This document shows, piece by piece, positions 12,350 to 25,029 of a stretch of DNA of 64,000 nucleotides. Within the stretch, counting starts at the first letter, position 1. Each line of letters begins with the position of its first letter. Under the pieces are notes generated by a model. The model was not told the DNA's origin, ran no database searches, and was given only the letters and a program-made list of their open reading frames with translations. Source of the DNA: Somniosus microcephalus (lineage: Eukaryota); contig CM126215.1 in NCBI GenBank assembly GCA_052327205.1, forward strand, positions 97,526,001 through 97,590,000, given 5' to 3'. A program made the position numbers and the translations under genes.

Positions 12350-12868
12350 CAACAACAACAATAACAACTTGCATTTCTATTGCGTCTTTAACGTAGCAAA
12401 ATGTCCCAAAGTGCTTCACAGGAGTGTTATCAAAATAAATTTGACATCAAAGCACATATTAGGACAGATGACCAAATGCTTGATCAAGAGGTATGTTTTA
12501 AAGAGCGTCTTAGAGGAGGGGCAAGAGGTACAGAGAGGAAGAGCTTTGGGCAGGGAATTCCAGAGCTTAGAACCGCAGCAGCTGAAGGCACGGCCGCCAA
12601 TGATGGAGCGATTAAAATCAGGAATGCTCAAGAGGCCAGATTCGGAGGAACGCAGAGATCACAAAGGCTTGTAGGGCTGGAGAAAAGTTACAGAGATAGG
12701 GAGGGGTGAAGCCATGGATGGATCTGAAAACAAGGATGAGATTTTTAAATTTGAAGCATTGCTGTACCGGGAGCCAAAGTAGGCCAGCGAGCACAGGGGT
12801 GCTGGGTGAACGGGACTTGGTGTGGGTTCGGATACAGGCAGCAGAGTTTTGGATGAGCTCAAGTTTAT
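12350..12868 (-). mobile_element. L2-type LINE 3' fragment
   Basis: (AAC)n tail followed by TTGCATTT..; the minus frame reads GGRAFSCCGSKLWNSLP..FKTYL. The same end occurs at 46833, 49672 and 57073. Confidence 0.8.
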
Positions 12869-13155
12869 GTAAAAACAGAAAATGCTGGAAATACTCAGCA
12901 GCTTAGGCAGCATCTGTGGAGAGAGAAGCCGAGTTAATGTTTCAGGCCGATGATCTTTCATCAAAACTGAAATAAATTAGAGATGTAGCAGGTTTTAAGC
13001 AAGTGCAGAGGCAGGAAAAGGCTGGGGGAGGAAAGAACAAAGGGAAGGTCTGTGATAGGGTGGAAGGCAGGAGAGATAAAAAGACAAAAGTGATGATGGT
13101 GCGAGGCAAAAGGAGATGGTAATGGGACATGTAAAGGAACAAAAGATGAGTCTCT
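12869..13155 (-). mobile_element. Penelope-like element terminal fragment (degenerate hammerhead)
   Basis: AAAACAGAAAATGCTGGAAATACTCAGC.. motif shared with copies at 16122, 20232, 32123 and 49800, three of which extend into GIY-YIG coding sequence. Confidence 0.8.
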
Positions 13156-13396
13156 GCCTTAAACATGGTTAATGACGTAGGAAGGGCCAGGAGTTTCCAT
13201 GGCCCTGGCCTGAGATGCGCTGAACAAAGCATTGGCGGCCTGCACCAGATGGAAGCAGGCGCACTGGCTATTAGAGTAGTGGATATGGGGTACGCTTGAC
13301 TCCAGGCCTGGAGGCTGTCCTGGATACCTGAAGATTGAGTACATTTTTTCTACTGCATTTTAGCCCCCTGTCTTCTTTCCTGGGAGAGGATTTCTA

Positions 13397-14912
13397 GCGG
13401 GGGTGATGGAGGGGGAGTGGGGGTGATGGAGGGGGAGTGGGGGCAATGGAGGGGGAGTGGGGGTGATGGAGGGGAAGTGGGGGCGATGGAGGGAGAGTGG
13501 GGCAATGGAGGGGGAGTGGGGCGATGGAGGGGGAGTGGGGGCAATGGAGGGGGAGTGGGGGCGATGGAGGGGGAGTGGGGCGATGGAGGGGGAGTGGGGG
13601 CGATGGAGGGGGAGTGGGAGTGATGGAGGGGGAGTGGGGCGATGGAGGGGGAGTGGGGGCGATGGAGGGGGAGTGGGGGCGATGGAGGGGGAGTGGGGGC
13701 GATGGAGGGGGAGTGTGGCAATGGAGGGGGAGTGGGGGCGATGGAGGGGGAGCGGGGCAATGGAGGGGGAGTGGGGGTGATGGAGAGGGAGTGGGGGCGA
13801 TGGAGGGGGAGTGGGGGCGATGGAGGGGGAGTGGGGCGATGGAGGGGGAGTGGGGGCAATGGAGGGGGAGTGGGGGCGATGGAGGGGGAGTGGGGCGATG
13901 GAGGGGGAGTGGGGCGATGGAGGGGGAGTGGGGGCGATGGAGGGGGAGTGGGAGTGATGGAGGGGGAGTGGGGCGATGGAGGGGGAGTGGGGGCGATGGA
14001 GGGGGAGTGGGGGCGATGGAGGGGGAGTGGGGGCGATGGAGGGGGAGTGGGGCAATGGAGGGGGAGTGGGGGCGATGGAGGGGGAGCGGGGCAATGGAGG
14101 GGGAGTGGGGGTGATGGAGAGGGAGTGGGGGCGATGGAGGGGGAGTGGGGGCGATGGAGGGAGAGTGGGGGCGATGGAGGGAGAGTGGGGGCAATGGAGG
14201 GAGAGTGGGGGCGATGGAGGGGGAGATGGAGGGAGAGTGGGGGCAATGGAGGGAGAGTGGGGGCGATGGAGGGGGAGTGGGGGCGATGGAGGGAGAGTGG
14301 GTGTGATGGAGGGGGAGTGGGGGCGATGGAGGGAGAGTGGGGCAATGGAGGGAGAGTGGGGGCGATGGAGGGGGAGTAGGGGCGATGGAGGGAGAGTGGG
14401 GGCGATGGAGGGGGTTGGGGTGATGGAGGGAGAGTGGGGGCGATGGAGGGAGAGTGGGGCGATGGAGGGAGAGTGGGGGCGATGGAGGGAGAGTGGGGGT
14501 GATGGAGGGAGAGTGGGGGCGATGGAAGGGGAGTGGGGCGATGGAGGGGGAGTGGGGGCGATGGAGGGGGAGTGGGGGCGATGGAGGGCGAGTGGGAGCG
14601 ATGGAGGGGGAGTGGGGGCGATGGAGGGGGAGTGGGGTGATGGAGGGGGAGTGGGGCGATGGAGGGAGAGTGGGGGCGATGGAGGGAGAGTGGGGCGATG
14701 GAGGGAGATGGAGGGAGAGTGGGGGCGATGGAGGGAGAGTGGGGGCGATGGAAGGGGAGTTGGGCGATGGAGGGGGAGTGGGGGCGATGGAGGGGGAGTG
14801 GGGATGATGGAAGGGGAGTGGGGCGGTGGAGGGGGAGTGGGGGCGATGGAGGGGGAGTGGGGACGATGGAAGGGGAGTGGGACGGTGGAGGGGGAGTGGG
14901 GGTGATGGGGGA
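13397..14912. repeat. G-rich minisatellite, 19-20 bp unit (TGGGGGCGATGGAGGGGGAG)
   Basis: Directly visible tandem array of about 1.5 kb. Confidence 0.98.
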
Positions 14913-16121
14913 TGTAGCGGCAGCGATCGGTTCCTTTACTTTTGAGATCGGAGGTTGTTTGGCAGTAATTAAGACTTATCACATCATTAAAAAATTCACT
15001 TACACTTGAATGGACAAGCCTAACTTTTTCTGGCACTTTTATCAGGTATCAGTACCCCAGCTTCACGTCTTTCCATATATTTGAATGCCCATTCTCTTGG
15101 CGAGAGTTATTGCGAAGCTTCTGGAGGAGCAGGGCTACTTGGACAACAACTTGCTGATTTCCGCTTTTAACTGCACATGTGCGGTCGCTGGAAGTTGCTG
15201 TTCGGTTCCATCAACCCATCCTCACCATTATTTTTATCGCAAAATCCAATAACTTTTAAAAGGGAATTAGATAAATATTTGAAAAGGAAAAATTTCCAGG
15301 GCTATGTGGAATGGCAGTGGTGTGAGACTAATTGGATAGCTTTTTCCAAGAGCTGGCACAGGCACGATGGGCTGAATTGCCTCCTTCTGTGCTGTATCAT
15401 TCTATGATTTATAGAAGGTAAATTTCTTGAAATACTATTTATAAAAAAAGTCTTTATAAAATACACTTAATAAAGCACTTTAACCTTGCCCCATATATGA
15501 AGCTGTTGCTTGTTTCTATTTGCTTCGTGATGCACTTATCATTGAGTGTAGCAATGCACTTAATATAGAAACATAGTTGTTCATGAACTTTATATTCTGC
15601 TATTTTTAGGTATCTCATGTAAGTATTATAATTGGTCCAGCAGAAGAGACAAAAGATTAAAAGATGTGTTTGAAACTTTCCATTGTAATTTTTTTATTAT
15701 TCATGGCCTGGGCTTTATCTATAGTAATCATCTATTGGTCTCTTAATTTCAACAGCAATATATGATTCTCTAGTGGTTTCAGGCAGAAGTACAATTCAAA
15801 TAATAGCTTTGCTAAGTGATGCTTATAATAAATAAAGGTTTTTAATTCTAGGGCAATAACCGAAAACAGAAAGAAACCATATACAAATAATTGCTCAGTT
15901 TGCATGAAATCTTTCGATATCCACAGGCCTTTAACCTCCTGAAGTTTTTCTTCGAAGAACTAGTTCAACGGGGAACCCTCGGTCTCTGAATAACATCAGT
16001 TGCTTTATTTTATATTACATATCTTATTATTAGATTTTTGATCACCATTCCCCATCTTATTAATAAACTTTTTGATTATATCTGATAAGAGTGTTTTATT
16101 AGCAAGCATTAATTTAATAAG

Positions 16122-16312
16122 AACAGAAAATGCTGGAAGCACTCAGCAGGCCAGGCAGTATCCGTGGAGAGAGAAACAGTGTTAACGTTTCAGGTCTGGG
16201 ACCCTTCATCAGAACTGGAAAAGGTTAGAGATGTAACTGATTTTAAGCAGGTGCAGAGACAGGGAAGGGTGGGGGGGGGGGGCGGAGGAAAGAATTGAAG
16301 GAACAGTCTGTG
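16122..16312 (-). mobile_element. Penelope-like element terminal fragment
   Basis: Same terminal sequence family as 20232 and 32123. Confidence 0.8.
16180..16216 (-). ncRNA. Minimal type I hammerhead ribozyme motif
   Basis: Minus strand reads AGTT-CTGATGA-A-GGGTC-CCA-GACCT-GAAA-CG-TT-AAC: intact core, stem II, palindromic ACGT stem III and a short stem I. Confidence 0.7.
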
Positions 16313-17357
16313 AACAACGTTGAAGAGGCAAACGGAAATCCCGTCGGAGAGAAGAGCAGGTCTTCACTATAGAGGATACAAGTAACATCCCAGAAATTGC
16401 TGTAAATCAGGAAATGGGAGAGAGGGAGGAACTCAGGAAAATTATAATCACCAGGAAAGTGGTACTGAGCAAATTGTTGGAGCTGCGGGCTGACAAGTCC
16501 CCGGGTCCTGATGGACTTCATCCTAGGGTCTTAAAAGAAGTGGCTAGTGAGATAGTTGATGCATTGGTTTTAATTTTCCAAAATTCCCTAGATTCGGGGA
16601 AGGTTCCAATAGATTGGAAAATAGCGAATGTAACTCCTTTATTCAAAAAGGGAGACAGAAAGCAGGAAACTATAGGCCAGTTAGCTTAACATCTGTCATA
16701 AAGAAGATGTTAGAAGCTATTATTAAAGATGTTATAGTAGGGTACTTAGAAAAGTTCAAAGTAATCAGGCAGTGTCAACATGGTTTTGTGCAAGGGGAAT
16801 CATGTTTAACCAATTTATTGGAGTCTTTGAGAAAGTAACATGTGCTGTAGATAAAGGGGAATTGGTGGATGTACTGTACTTAGATTTCCAGAAGGCATTT
16901 GATAAGGTGTCACATCAAAGGTTATTGCGGAAAATAAAAGCTCATGGTGTAGGGGGTAACATATTGGCATGGATAGAAGATTGGCTAGCCAACAGGAAAC
17001 AGAGAGTAGGCATAAATGGGTCATTTTCTGATTGGCAAGGTGTAATGAGTGGTGTGCCACAGGAATCAGTGCTGGGGCCTCAACTTTTTACAATTTATAT
17101 AAATGACTTGGATGAAGGGACCGAAGATATGGTTGCTAAATTTGCTGATGACACAAAGATAGGTAGGAAAGTAAATTGTGAAGAGTAAATAAGGAGGCTA
17201 AAAAGGTATATAGATAGGTAAGTGAGTGGGCAAAGATCTGGCAAATGGAATATAATGTGGGAAAATGTGAAGTTGTCCATTTTGGCAGGAAGAATAAAAA
17301 AGAAGCATATTATCTAAATGGTGAGAAATTGCAGAGCTCTGAGATGCAGAGGGATTA

Positions 17358-18669
17358 TGAAAGAATAAGCAATATACCTATTCAGAAAAATACACCATTC
17401 TTTGAAAGAATTCTGGCTTTATTAAAACATGACAAACTGAGTTTGGAAATCTAAAAACCTAACAATGGAGAAGCTGTATTGTTAACAACATACGGGCTAT
17501 GGGGATGGGATGGTTGTTGACACTGAATCAATAACCTTGTTGAAACAGAAGGTTGGAGGTTCCTGACGGTCTGAATCTTTGGAAAGAAGACAATGGTGCA
17601 CCCTGTTAAGGTGTTCTAAAGTACACTTCGTAAACAGGCACATAAAAGAAGAAACATATGCCTTCATAAAAATGACATCAAAAAGAAACACCTGTTGTCA
17701 TATCGCTTTTATGTTAAACTTAGAACACCTATGGAGGAGAGACACGAGTCTGTGTTACAACCAGCTGAGGTGACTTAAGAATTGCATAGATCACCCTGGT
17801 TGAGGTGTTCTAATTTACACTTCATAAAGAGACACAAACAGAAGGCCTTGGTAGAGATGACATCAAGTGAAATGCACCTGCTGTTACACGGTTTTTTATG
17901 GTGGGCTTGGGACACCTGGGGTGCAGACATAATTCTGCATTACTACCAGCTGAACTGACTGTAAGAATAGCAGGGGTCAGCAGAAAAATGACTAGAGATA
18001 ATTAGCTTACATCAGCAGAAAACTTCAAAGGAAATACCACTGAAAAAGGATATAAATATTGAACTTTCAAATGAGATGATAGACTCACTGTAAAGGGGCA
18101 AAGCGATTCTCGGCTTCAGAGGCAGGATCTGTAAGTCTACACTTCTTTGTCCCTTGGGTATCAAAGGTATTTGATTTTGTTGGATATCCTGGAATAAGAC
18201 TAAGAACTGTAAAACTGTAGAGAAGTTAAGATCTCTAATAAGAATTGTAAGCTTACTCTTTTTGGAACTGTTAATGTTGCGATTGAAACACCTACTGTAA
18301 TTACATATCAGTTCTTTAATAAATCTATATATTTTTGGAATTGTCTCACATAATACTTCTGTATCAAACTCTCAAACTCAATCTCTGTACACTGTTTGGT
18401 GAGGAGTTGCAGAATTCTGAGGGAGTTTTCCGGACCCTCATAATATCCGGAATGTTACAGTCTAGCTAAACTTATTAAAAGTGCTATCTGGAGGACGGTA
18501 ACATATTTAGTTGTTCCTTTCCTTTGGGGAGAGATAGTCTGGACCTTTAGATCCAATTAAGCATCTTTAGGATTCGGCTACTTCAAACTTTAGTTAAAAG
18601 TGAACGTCTGAGGAATATGCCTGATCCGGGGTAGCCCTAAAGGGGCTAGGACTAGTAATTATCCCTTCA
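17358..18669 (+). mobile_element. Putative long solo LTR (~1.3 kb)
   Basis: Insertion splitting a CR1. Termini TGAAAGAATAA..TTATCCCTTCA form an imperfect inverted repeat. GGAT occurs on both flanks. TATAAA at 18051, AATAAA at 18318, and an internal diverged ~195-bp tandem duplication. Confidence 0.65.
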
Positions 18670-18811
18670 GGATCTGGGTGTCCTAGTGCATGAATCACAA
18701 AAGGTTACTATGCAGGTACAGCAAGTAATTAGGAAAGCTAATAGAATGTTATCGTTTATTGCGAGGGGAATTGAATACAAAAGTAGGGAGGTTATGCTTC
18801 AGTTATACAGG

Positions 18812-18898
18812 TGGACAAATGTAAGAAATCACAGAACACCAGGTTATAGTCCAACAGCTTTATTTGAAATCACAAGCTTTCGGAGCGCTGCTCCTTCG
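18812..18898 (-). mobile_element. 87-bp Penelope-like (second family) 3' end with hammerhead core
   Basis: 13-bp TSD TCAGTTATACAGG (18799-18811 and 18899-18911). Minus strand reads CTGACGA-A-GGAGC-AGC-GCTCC-GAAA-GC-TT. Confidence 0.8.
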
Positions 18899-20224
18899 TC
18901 AGTTATACAGGGCATTGGTGATACCACATCTGGAGCACTATGTACAGTATTGGTCTCCTTATTTAAGGAAGGATGTAAATGCGTTGGAAGCAGTTCAGAG
19001 AAGGTTTACTAGACTAATATCTGGAATGGGTGGGTTGTCTTATGAGGAAAGGTTGGACAGACTAGGCTTGTATCCATTGGGGTTTAGAAGAGTAAGAGGT
19101 GACTTGATTGAAACACTGAGGGGTCTGAACAGGGTGGCTGTGGAGAGGATGTTTCCTCTTGTGGGAGAATCTAGAACTAGGGGTCACTGTTTAAAAATAA
19201 GGGATCACCCATTTAAGACAGATGAGGAGAAATTTATTCTCACAGAGGGTGGTGAGTCTTTGGAACTCTCTTCCTCAGAGGGCGGTGGAAGCAGAGTCTT
19301 TGAATATTTTTAGATAGATTCTTGGTAAGCAAGGGGGTGAAAAGTTATCGGGGGTAGGCGGGAATGTGGAGTAATCGGATCAGCCATGATCTTACTGAAT
19401 GGTGGAGCAGGCTCGAAGGGCCAAGTGGCCTACTCCTGCTCCTAATTCGTATGTTCGTATGTTCTTCAAGGTGGGCATTTCTAGAAGAGAAGTGGCAGTG
19501 AACCAAACACTTATTAATTTAATAAGTATGTTCAATATCCAAAAATATAATAAAGGCTACAATTTTTCAGTACATATGAAGAATTGTAATTATAAAGAAC
19601 CATTCTTGATCTTTTTCCCCCATTCTCTGTCCCTGCTTAGAATCACTATTTTAAATAGGATTCCTGTAAGCTGGTCTTGTGGCACAGTATGATGGTATGT
19701 GGCACAGTATGGTGATACACTGGCAAGCTGTACCATAGGACAGCAGGACATCAATTTGGCTCACCGACTCTTCACATGACAAGTTCTCAGTATTCATTGC
19801 GAGGGAGCACCAAATAGAGACCAGGGGCAAATTTTCCTGTTCCTGGGCTTTATGGATCACCTGGGCAAGGAAGATCCTCGAGCCAATTTTCTCTCCATTC
19901 ATTTAAATGGAAGGAAAAACCAAGCGGCCTTCCTTATAGGTGTGCAATCCTCTCTGCCCATTTTCCCCATGGGCAGTACCTGCTGGTGCACAAATGGTGA
20001 TGGGAGTGCAGTCAATGATGATTTCTACATAGGGATTGCCAAACGAGTGGTAAAATTGGATCTGTATTTCCAGTTGGTGCTGTGTGCTTTCGCAGAACTT
20101 GATGTATGTTGATGCACAGCAGAAGCAGCTATCTGTTACCTTATAATGACAGACCAATGAAATACATACAGGCTGATCTCCATGATTTCTCCTGTTGGTG
20201 CCTGGAAGCATCCAATGGTGTAAA

Positions 20225-21070
20225 AGTTGAAACAAAAACAGAAAATGCTGGAAATACTCAGCAGGTCAGGCAGCATCTGTGGAGAGAGAAACAGAGTTAA
20301 CGTTTCAGGTCGATGACCCTTCATCAGAACTGGAAAAAGCTGGAGATGGAACAGGTTTTTAAGCAAGTGTGGGGCAGGGAAAGCGGGTAGGGGAGGAAAT
20401 TCTTAAGGCTAAAGGGATCAAGGGGTATGGGGAGAAAGCAGGGACAGGGTACTGAATTTGGATGATCAGCCATGATCACATTGAATGGTGGAGCAGGCTC
20501 GAAGGGCCGAATGGCCTACTCCTGCTCCTATCATCTATGTTTCTATGTTTCTATGAAAGAACAAAAGGGAAGGTCTGTGATAGGATGGAAGGCAGGAGGG
20601 ATTAAGAGACAAAAGGGATGATGGTGCGAGGCAAAAGGAGATGGTAATGGGACGAGTTAAGAAACAAAAGATGGCTCTAGATGAAGTGTAAATGGCGATG
20701 GCAGAATGAAAGATAGCTACCATGTGAGAGAGAGGAAAAAAATAGAAAAAAAGATGGGGCAGAGGTTATGGTCTGAAACTGTTAAACTCGATGTTGAGTC
20801 CAGAAGGCTGTAAAGTGCCTAATCGAAAGATGAGGTGCTGTTCCTCGAGCTTATGTTGACCTTCATTGGAACAGTGTAAGAGGCCAAGGACGGTGAGGTC
20901 TGAGTGGGAGTGGAACAGAGAATTAAAGTGACAGGCGACTAGAAGCTAGGGGTCACCCTTATGGACTGAACGGGGGTGTTCCGCAAAGCGGTCACCCAAT
21001 CTGCGTTTCGTCTCCCCAATGTAGAGGAGACTGCATTGTGAGCAGCGAATACAGTATACTAAATTGCACT
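20225..21070 (-). mobile_element. Penelope-like element 3' fragment with nested CR1 3' end (20399-20553)
   Basis: Terminal family sequence plus GIY-YIG-like coding remnants at 20770-21060. The CR1 3'UTR with CTATGTTT tail lies inside. Confidence 0.85.
20295..20331 (-). ncRNA. Minimal type I hammerhead ribozyme motif
   Basis: Minus strand reads AGTT-CTGATGA-A-GGGTC-ATC-GACCT-GAAA-CG-TT-AACT. Stem I is AGTT/AACT. Confidence 0.75.
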
Positions 21071-22744
21071 TCCACTAAAAGTGGCCTCTGGTTATTGCTC
21101 CTATGTGTAGGTCTGGTTATAGGAGCTGAGACAGTTCTAAGATTGCATCTCTTTTGAACCACAGCCTCCTTACACACTGTTCCAAGATAGATCAGCAGTA
21201 CACACAGTGCATCAAGTAGCACTGAATCCTGAAAGTCTGGTCCATATAATCCTTGAGCCCCTTGGGCCACGGTCACCCACCTGCTGTTGCTGCTCTACCT
21301 CCCCCAGCCTTCCAAAGTACGTGGCATTGACAGGCTTGATGCAAAACTCATGGTGCAGAGTTTAACAAAAGACTTCTTTAGTAAATATCTCCTACTTTAA
21401 TGCCAGCTTTAAATGGAATAAAATAATACACTGTGGAAATGAAGTAAATCCTGAGTTATTTTGTACATTCCATGGCAAGCTGCTTAACAAGCAGTTAATA
21501 AAAAATAAGGTGTTAACATCACTCTGTGCATTAACATGTGTTAGAAATATTTATTTCCAGAGGCAAATTCAGGAGCAAAATGCACTAATGTTCTGTTAAT
21601 ACTTCAGACCAAATGGCTAAAATGCACTATTGTTGCATTAATGCTAAAAATGACTATGCCCTGACCAGTGTTGATTTAGCCACTTAAAATTGAAACATCA
21701 AATATTGTTTCAAATTATTATATTTTTGTCGACTAAATTAAAATCAGAAATGAATTTTTAAATTTAAAACTAAAACTAAAATTTGAGACAAGGTTACATT
21801 TTAGGAATGTGTGCTCCTGGCATGGAGCCATACCCACAGGGAGTGCACGTCAAAAAATCTTGGAAGCGTGTTCGGGATTTCCTGATATGCACTCCCAGTG
21901 GGCGAGGCTCTGTGCCAGGAGCACACATTTGTACAATTTATTTTCAAAACTATAATCAAAATTACTTCTAACACTAAACAACACTGAACTTTTGGAATAG
22001 ATATTAGAAATTAAAAAATACAATTATAACCGCAGTTCACATTCAAGCATCAATATATTTGTTTCTTAACATTCTCTGTGGAGGGCTGAGTTTATCCAAA
22101 TGGTCACCTCCAGTTACATATTTTTAAGAGATCTGCTGGTTTTATTGGTCATTCTTTATTTCTCTTGCAGGGTTAAATCATTGTATTTCTATATTAATGA
22201 TACCTTGTTTATGGCTGGATCTACCTGGATCTATCTTTTTATATTTCTATATTGTGTATTTTCTGTACAATAGGTCTTTATTCCTTCAAATTAAGTTGTC
22301 TTTTCAGATTAAGCTATGTTCTGCTTGGAATCAATTTTGCTTTCAATAAGCAATCTACACGTCCCAGATTTCATTTTTGAAACATTTTTATGAGGAAGCA
22401 AAAGTCATTTTCCCCTTTTACTCTCAATTATAAACCTGCTCAAAGCACAGAAACATTATTATAAATTCCCCATTTACTGTAACCCAGCATATTTAAACAA
22501 TCATTGAGAAGTGAGAGTAAAATAGGTTGGATTTCAAGAAAAGCAGTTTTGAGATCTCAGTTACAGCCTAATGTCTGACCGTAAGAAAGCATTTAGTGAG
22601 AAAAATCCACTCATTCCACCAATCCCATTCTTTCTATAGACCGTGTACAATCTGCTCTATCGTGGACTGAATCTCTTGCATCCTAAGCAAACGTTGGGTC
22701 ATTTGTAGAGAGAAATAAAGTAGAATAACACACACTTGTACAAC

Positions 22745-23060
22745 ACACTTCTTCGACAGCACCTTCCAAACCCATGGCCTCCATTACCGAGAAGGACAAG
22801 TGCAGTAGGTGTATGGAAACACCATCACCTCCAAGATCCCCTCCAAAATCTCCTCCAAGTGATACACCATCCTGACTTGGCCATCCCTTCATTGTTGCTG
22901 GGTCAAAATCCTGGAACTCCCTACCTAACAGCACTGTGGGAGAACCTTCACCACATGAACTGCAGCGGTTAAACAAGAAGGTTCAGCACCACTATCTCAA
23001 GGGCAACTAAGGATGGGCAATAAAGTGCTAGTGACGTTCATATCCCAGAATGAATTATTA
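22745..23060 (+). mobile_element. LINE 3' fragment (same family as 37924-40247)
   Basis: Aligns by eye with 39925-40235 (LLRQHLPNP..; CAAAATCCTGGAACTCCCT..GGATGGGCAATAAA). Confidence 0.85.
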
Positions 23061-23214
23061 AAAAAAAATCAATACTTACGTTGCACTAAAGAAAGAACTT
23101 CAGTCAATAGGAAAATGGTAAACATTTTAGTGACTATTACTATTTTATCCTGTTTATCCTTTGGTGGATGTACAAACAAATTAAATAACTTGGAAGTCAT
23201 TACAGAGGAAAAGT

Positions 23215-23550
23215 AAGAAAGGAGCTGACTCCTACTGGGTATCATTCCATGGGCACAGTACAACCATTTGTTAGTTCACCTAAGTGACCATTCTTCATGA
23301 CACTACGTATTAACAGATATGAGCACATTAAAGCTAATATTGATACACAGTTTCCACTAAATAGTCACCAGAAGTAACCTCCCTGATTAATGTTTCCCAC
23401 CTCTCTCCCAGGATTAGTAATGCCAATTGCAGAACCCCTTTTTTGAGATTAGCTAACTCAACACAGACTGGGAATTGAACCTTGGACCTTCTGGTCTGCA
23501 TGGAAATATGTCAGCAGCACACCAGGGATTCCTTTACCCACTAAGCTCTC
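23215..23550 (-). mobile_element. Diverged LF-SINE-like tRNA-derived SINE
   Basis: Minus strand has B-box-like GGTTCAATTCC followed by AGTCTGTGTTGAGTTAGCTAATCTC, and later ATGAAGAATGGTCACTT..GGAGTCAGC. This resembles the LF-SINE consensus as I recall it. Confidence 0.55.
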
Positions 23551-24866
23551 ACAAAACCTGTTTGAGAGCAAAACTGGCTGAATTTTGCCTGTCCTACAGG
23601 TTGAGGCACAGTGTGGAATAAAGAAAAATATGTTTCAGATGCATTCGAAATTTCCATTAGTGAGAATAAAAATTCCTGGTCAAAAATGTGGGGTCTCTTT
23701 TTCATCATTTTTGGGGAAGAGATATTTAAAATTGTTCAGACCATTACATTAGACATTACTGTTGATGATAATAGTAGACAAAATCTTAACTTGTTCATAT
23801 GACATTCTTCTCTTTGCTATTTTAACAGTCATTAACCCCCATTCGCTATTATCACCGACAGTAATTTCTAGCCTAATGCTACAGTATTGTGAAAAGTGTA
23901 GCCAACTCTGTCACCACCGCCACCATTCAGGGTAAGGGTGCCTGTATTTACATGCAGGCATTTTCATTCTTCCGAACAAATTGCTGATGACTGCGTGTCT
24001 TTAAAAAAACACCTGTTACTCTTTCGAAGTTTCAGCAGCCAGAATGAAATGTATAAACCAAGCTCAAGGAAAGCAAAGAAATGAACAGATGTCAAAGTAT
24101 CAAAAATACCATAAATCTCTTTGACACTAATTAGCGCTGGCCAAAATATTATGAGGCTGACTACAATTGCTACATTCTTTCATGTTTTTGAGCTGTAATG
24201 AGAAAAGGAAACTAGTGAAAACGTGTAAGTGGATCTGCCATTTTAGCTTTTAAGAGCAGGGTGCTTTTTTCTCCTTGTGCTTGAATATGGCTTTCAAGAA
24301 AATTATCGTTAGAATTTTAAGGAAAAAAAGGTCCATCTGATCATGCAAAGAAGATTTTAATCATTTGAGACACACGACTATATTTCCTATTTTAGCTTTC
24401 AAAACTTGCGCTTGAAACTGGGTGAGTGGGCAGCTTGCATTGGGGTAGCTCGACTTACCCCCTCCGATCCTGACGCCTTCCTGCAGGGTGTAATTTTAAC
24501 CTGCTGTTTTTAGCAGGACCCTCCGGCAGAGAAGTCCTGTTTTAAATATGCAGATTGAGCACTGATGACACCATTGGGGACCAATTGTAAATTTAAACCC
24601 GCGGCCTGAGCGGGGAACCCATTGTACATTCTCCTCAGGCACTGCCCTCATCACCCCACTCCTCAAGAAACCCACCCTCACCCCTCTGTCCTTACAAACT
24701 ATCACCCCATCTTCAACCTCCTTTCCCAAATCCATGTTGATCATCCACACAATTCCATATTTGAATTTCTCCGATCAGGTTTATGTCCCGCTAAAACACT
24801 GAAACAGCCTTTGTACCAAAGCCACAAATGACATCCTCTGTGCCTGTGACCGTGGAGCATTAGCCC

Positions 24867-25029
24867 CAATGTTCCCTCTTATTTTTTTTTTGTGTGCCAC
24901 CCCTTTAAGGGGCTATGCAGCCCATTCAAAATACCGCACATGCGCAATTTTTCACATTGAATAGCCGGCAAGCTGGCTACGCGGGAGATTCCGAGAGCTG
25001 TGTAGTTGCGCAGCTTCAAGGGAACATTG
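24867..25029. mobile_element. hAT-type MITE (163 bp)
   Basis: Terminal inverted repeats CAATGTTCCCT / AGGGAACATTG and an 8-bp TSD ATTAGCCC / ATTAGTCC. Confidence 0.85.

Larger units (their letters stand above)
16349..19465 (+). mobile_element. 5'-truncated CR1 LINE (RT region to 3' end), interrupted by a solo LTR and an 87-bp insertion
   Basis: KSPGPDGLHPRVLKE, NYRPVSLTS, YLDFQKAFDKV, FADD and LYRALVIPHLE motifs; 3' tail TCGTATGTTCGTATGTT. The sequence is colinear across 17355/18670. Confidence 0.93.

Noticed and set aside
13397-14912. CRISPR-like array
   Set aside because: There are no unique spacers, and the context is eukaryotic.
13350-15036. Long Pro/His-rich and Gly/Trp-rich ORFs (up to 558 aa)
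   Set aside because: They are artefacts of a stop-free minisatellite that is open in several frames on both strands.
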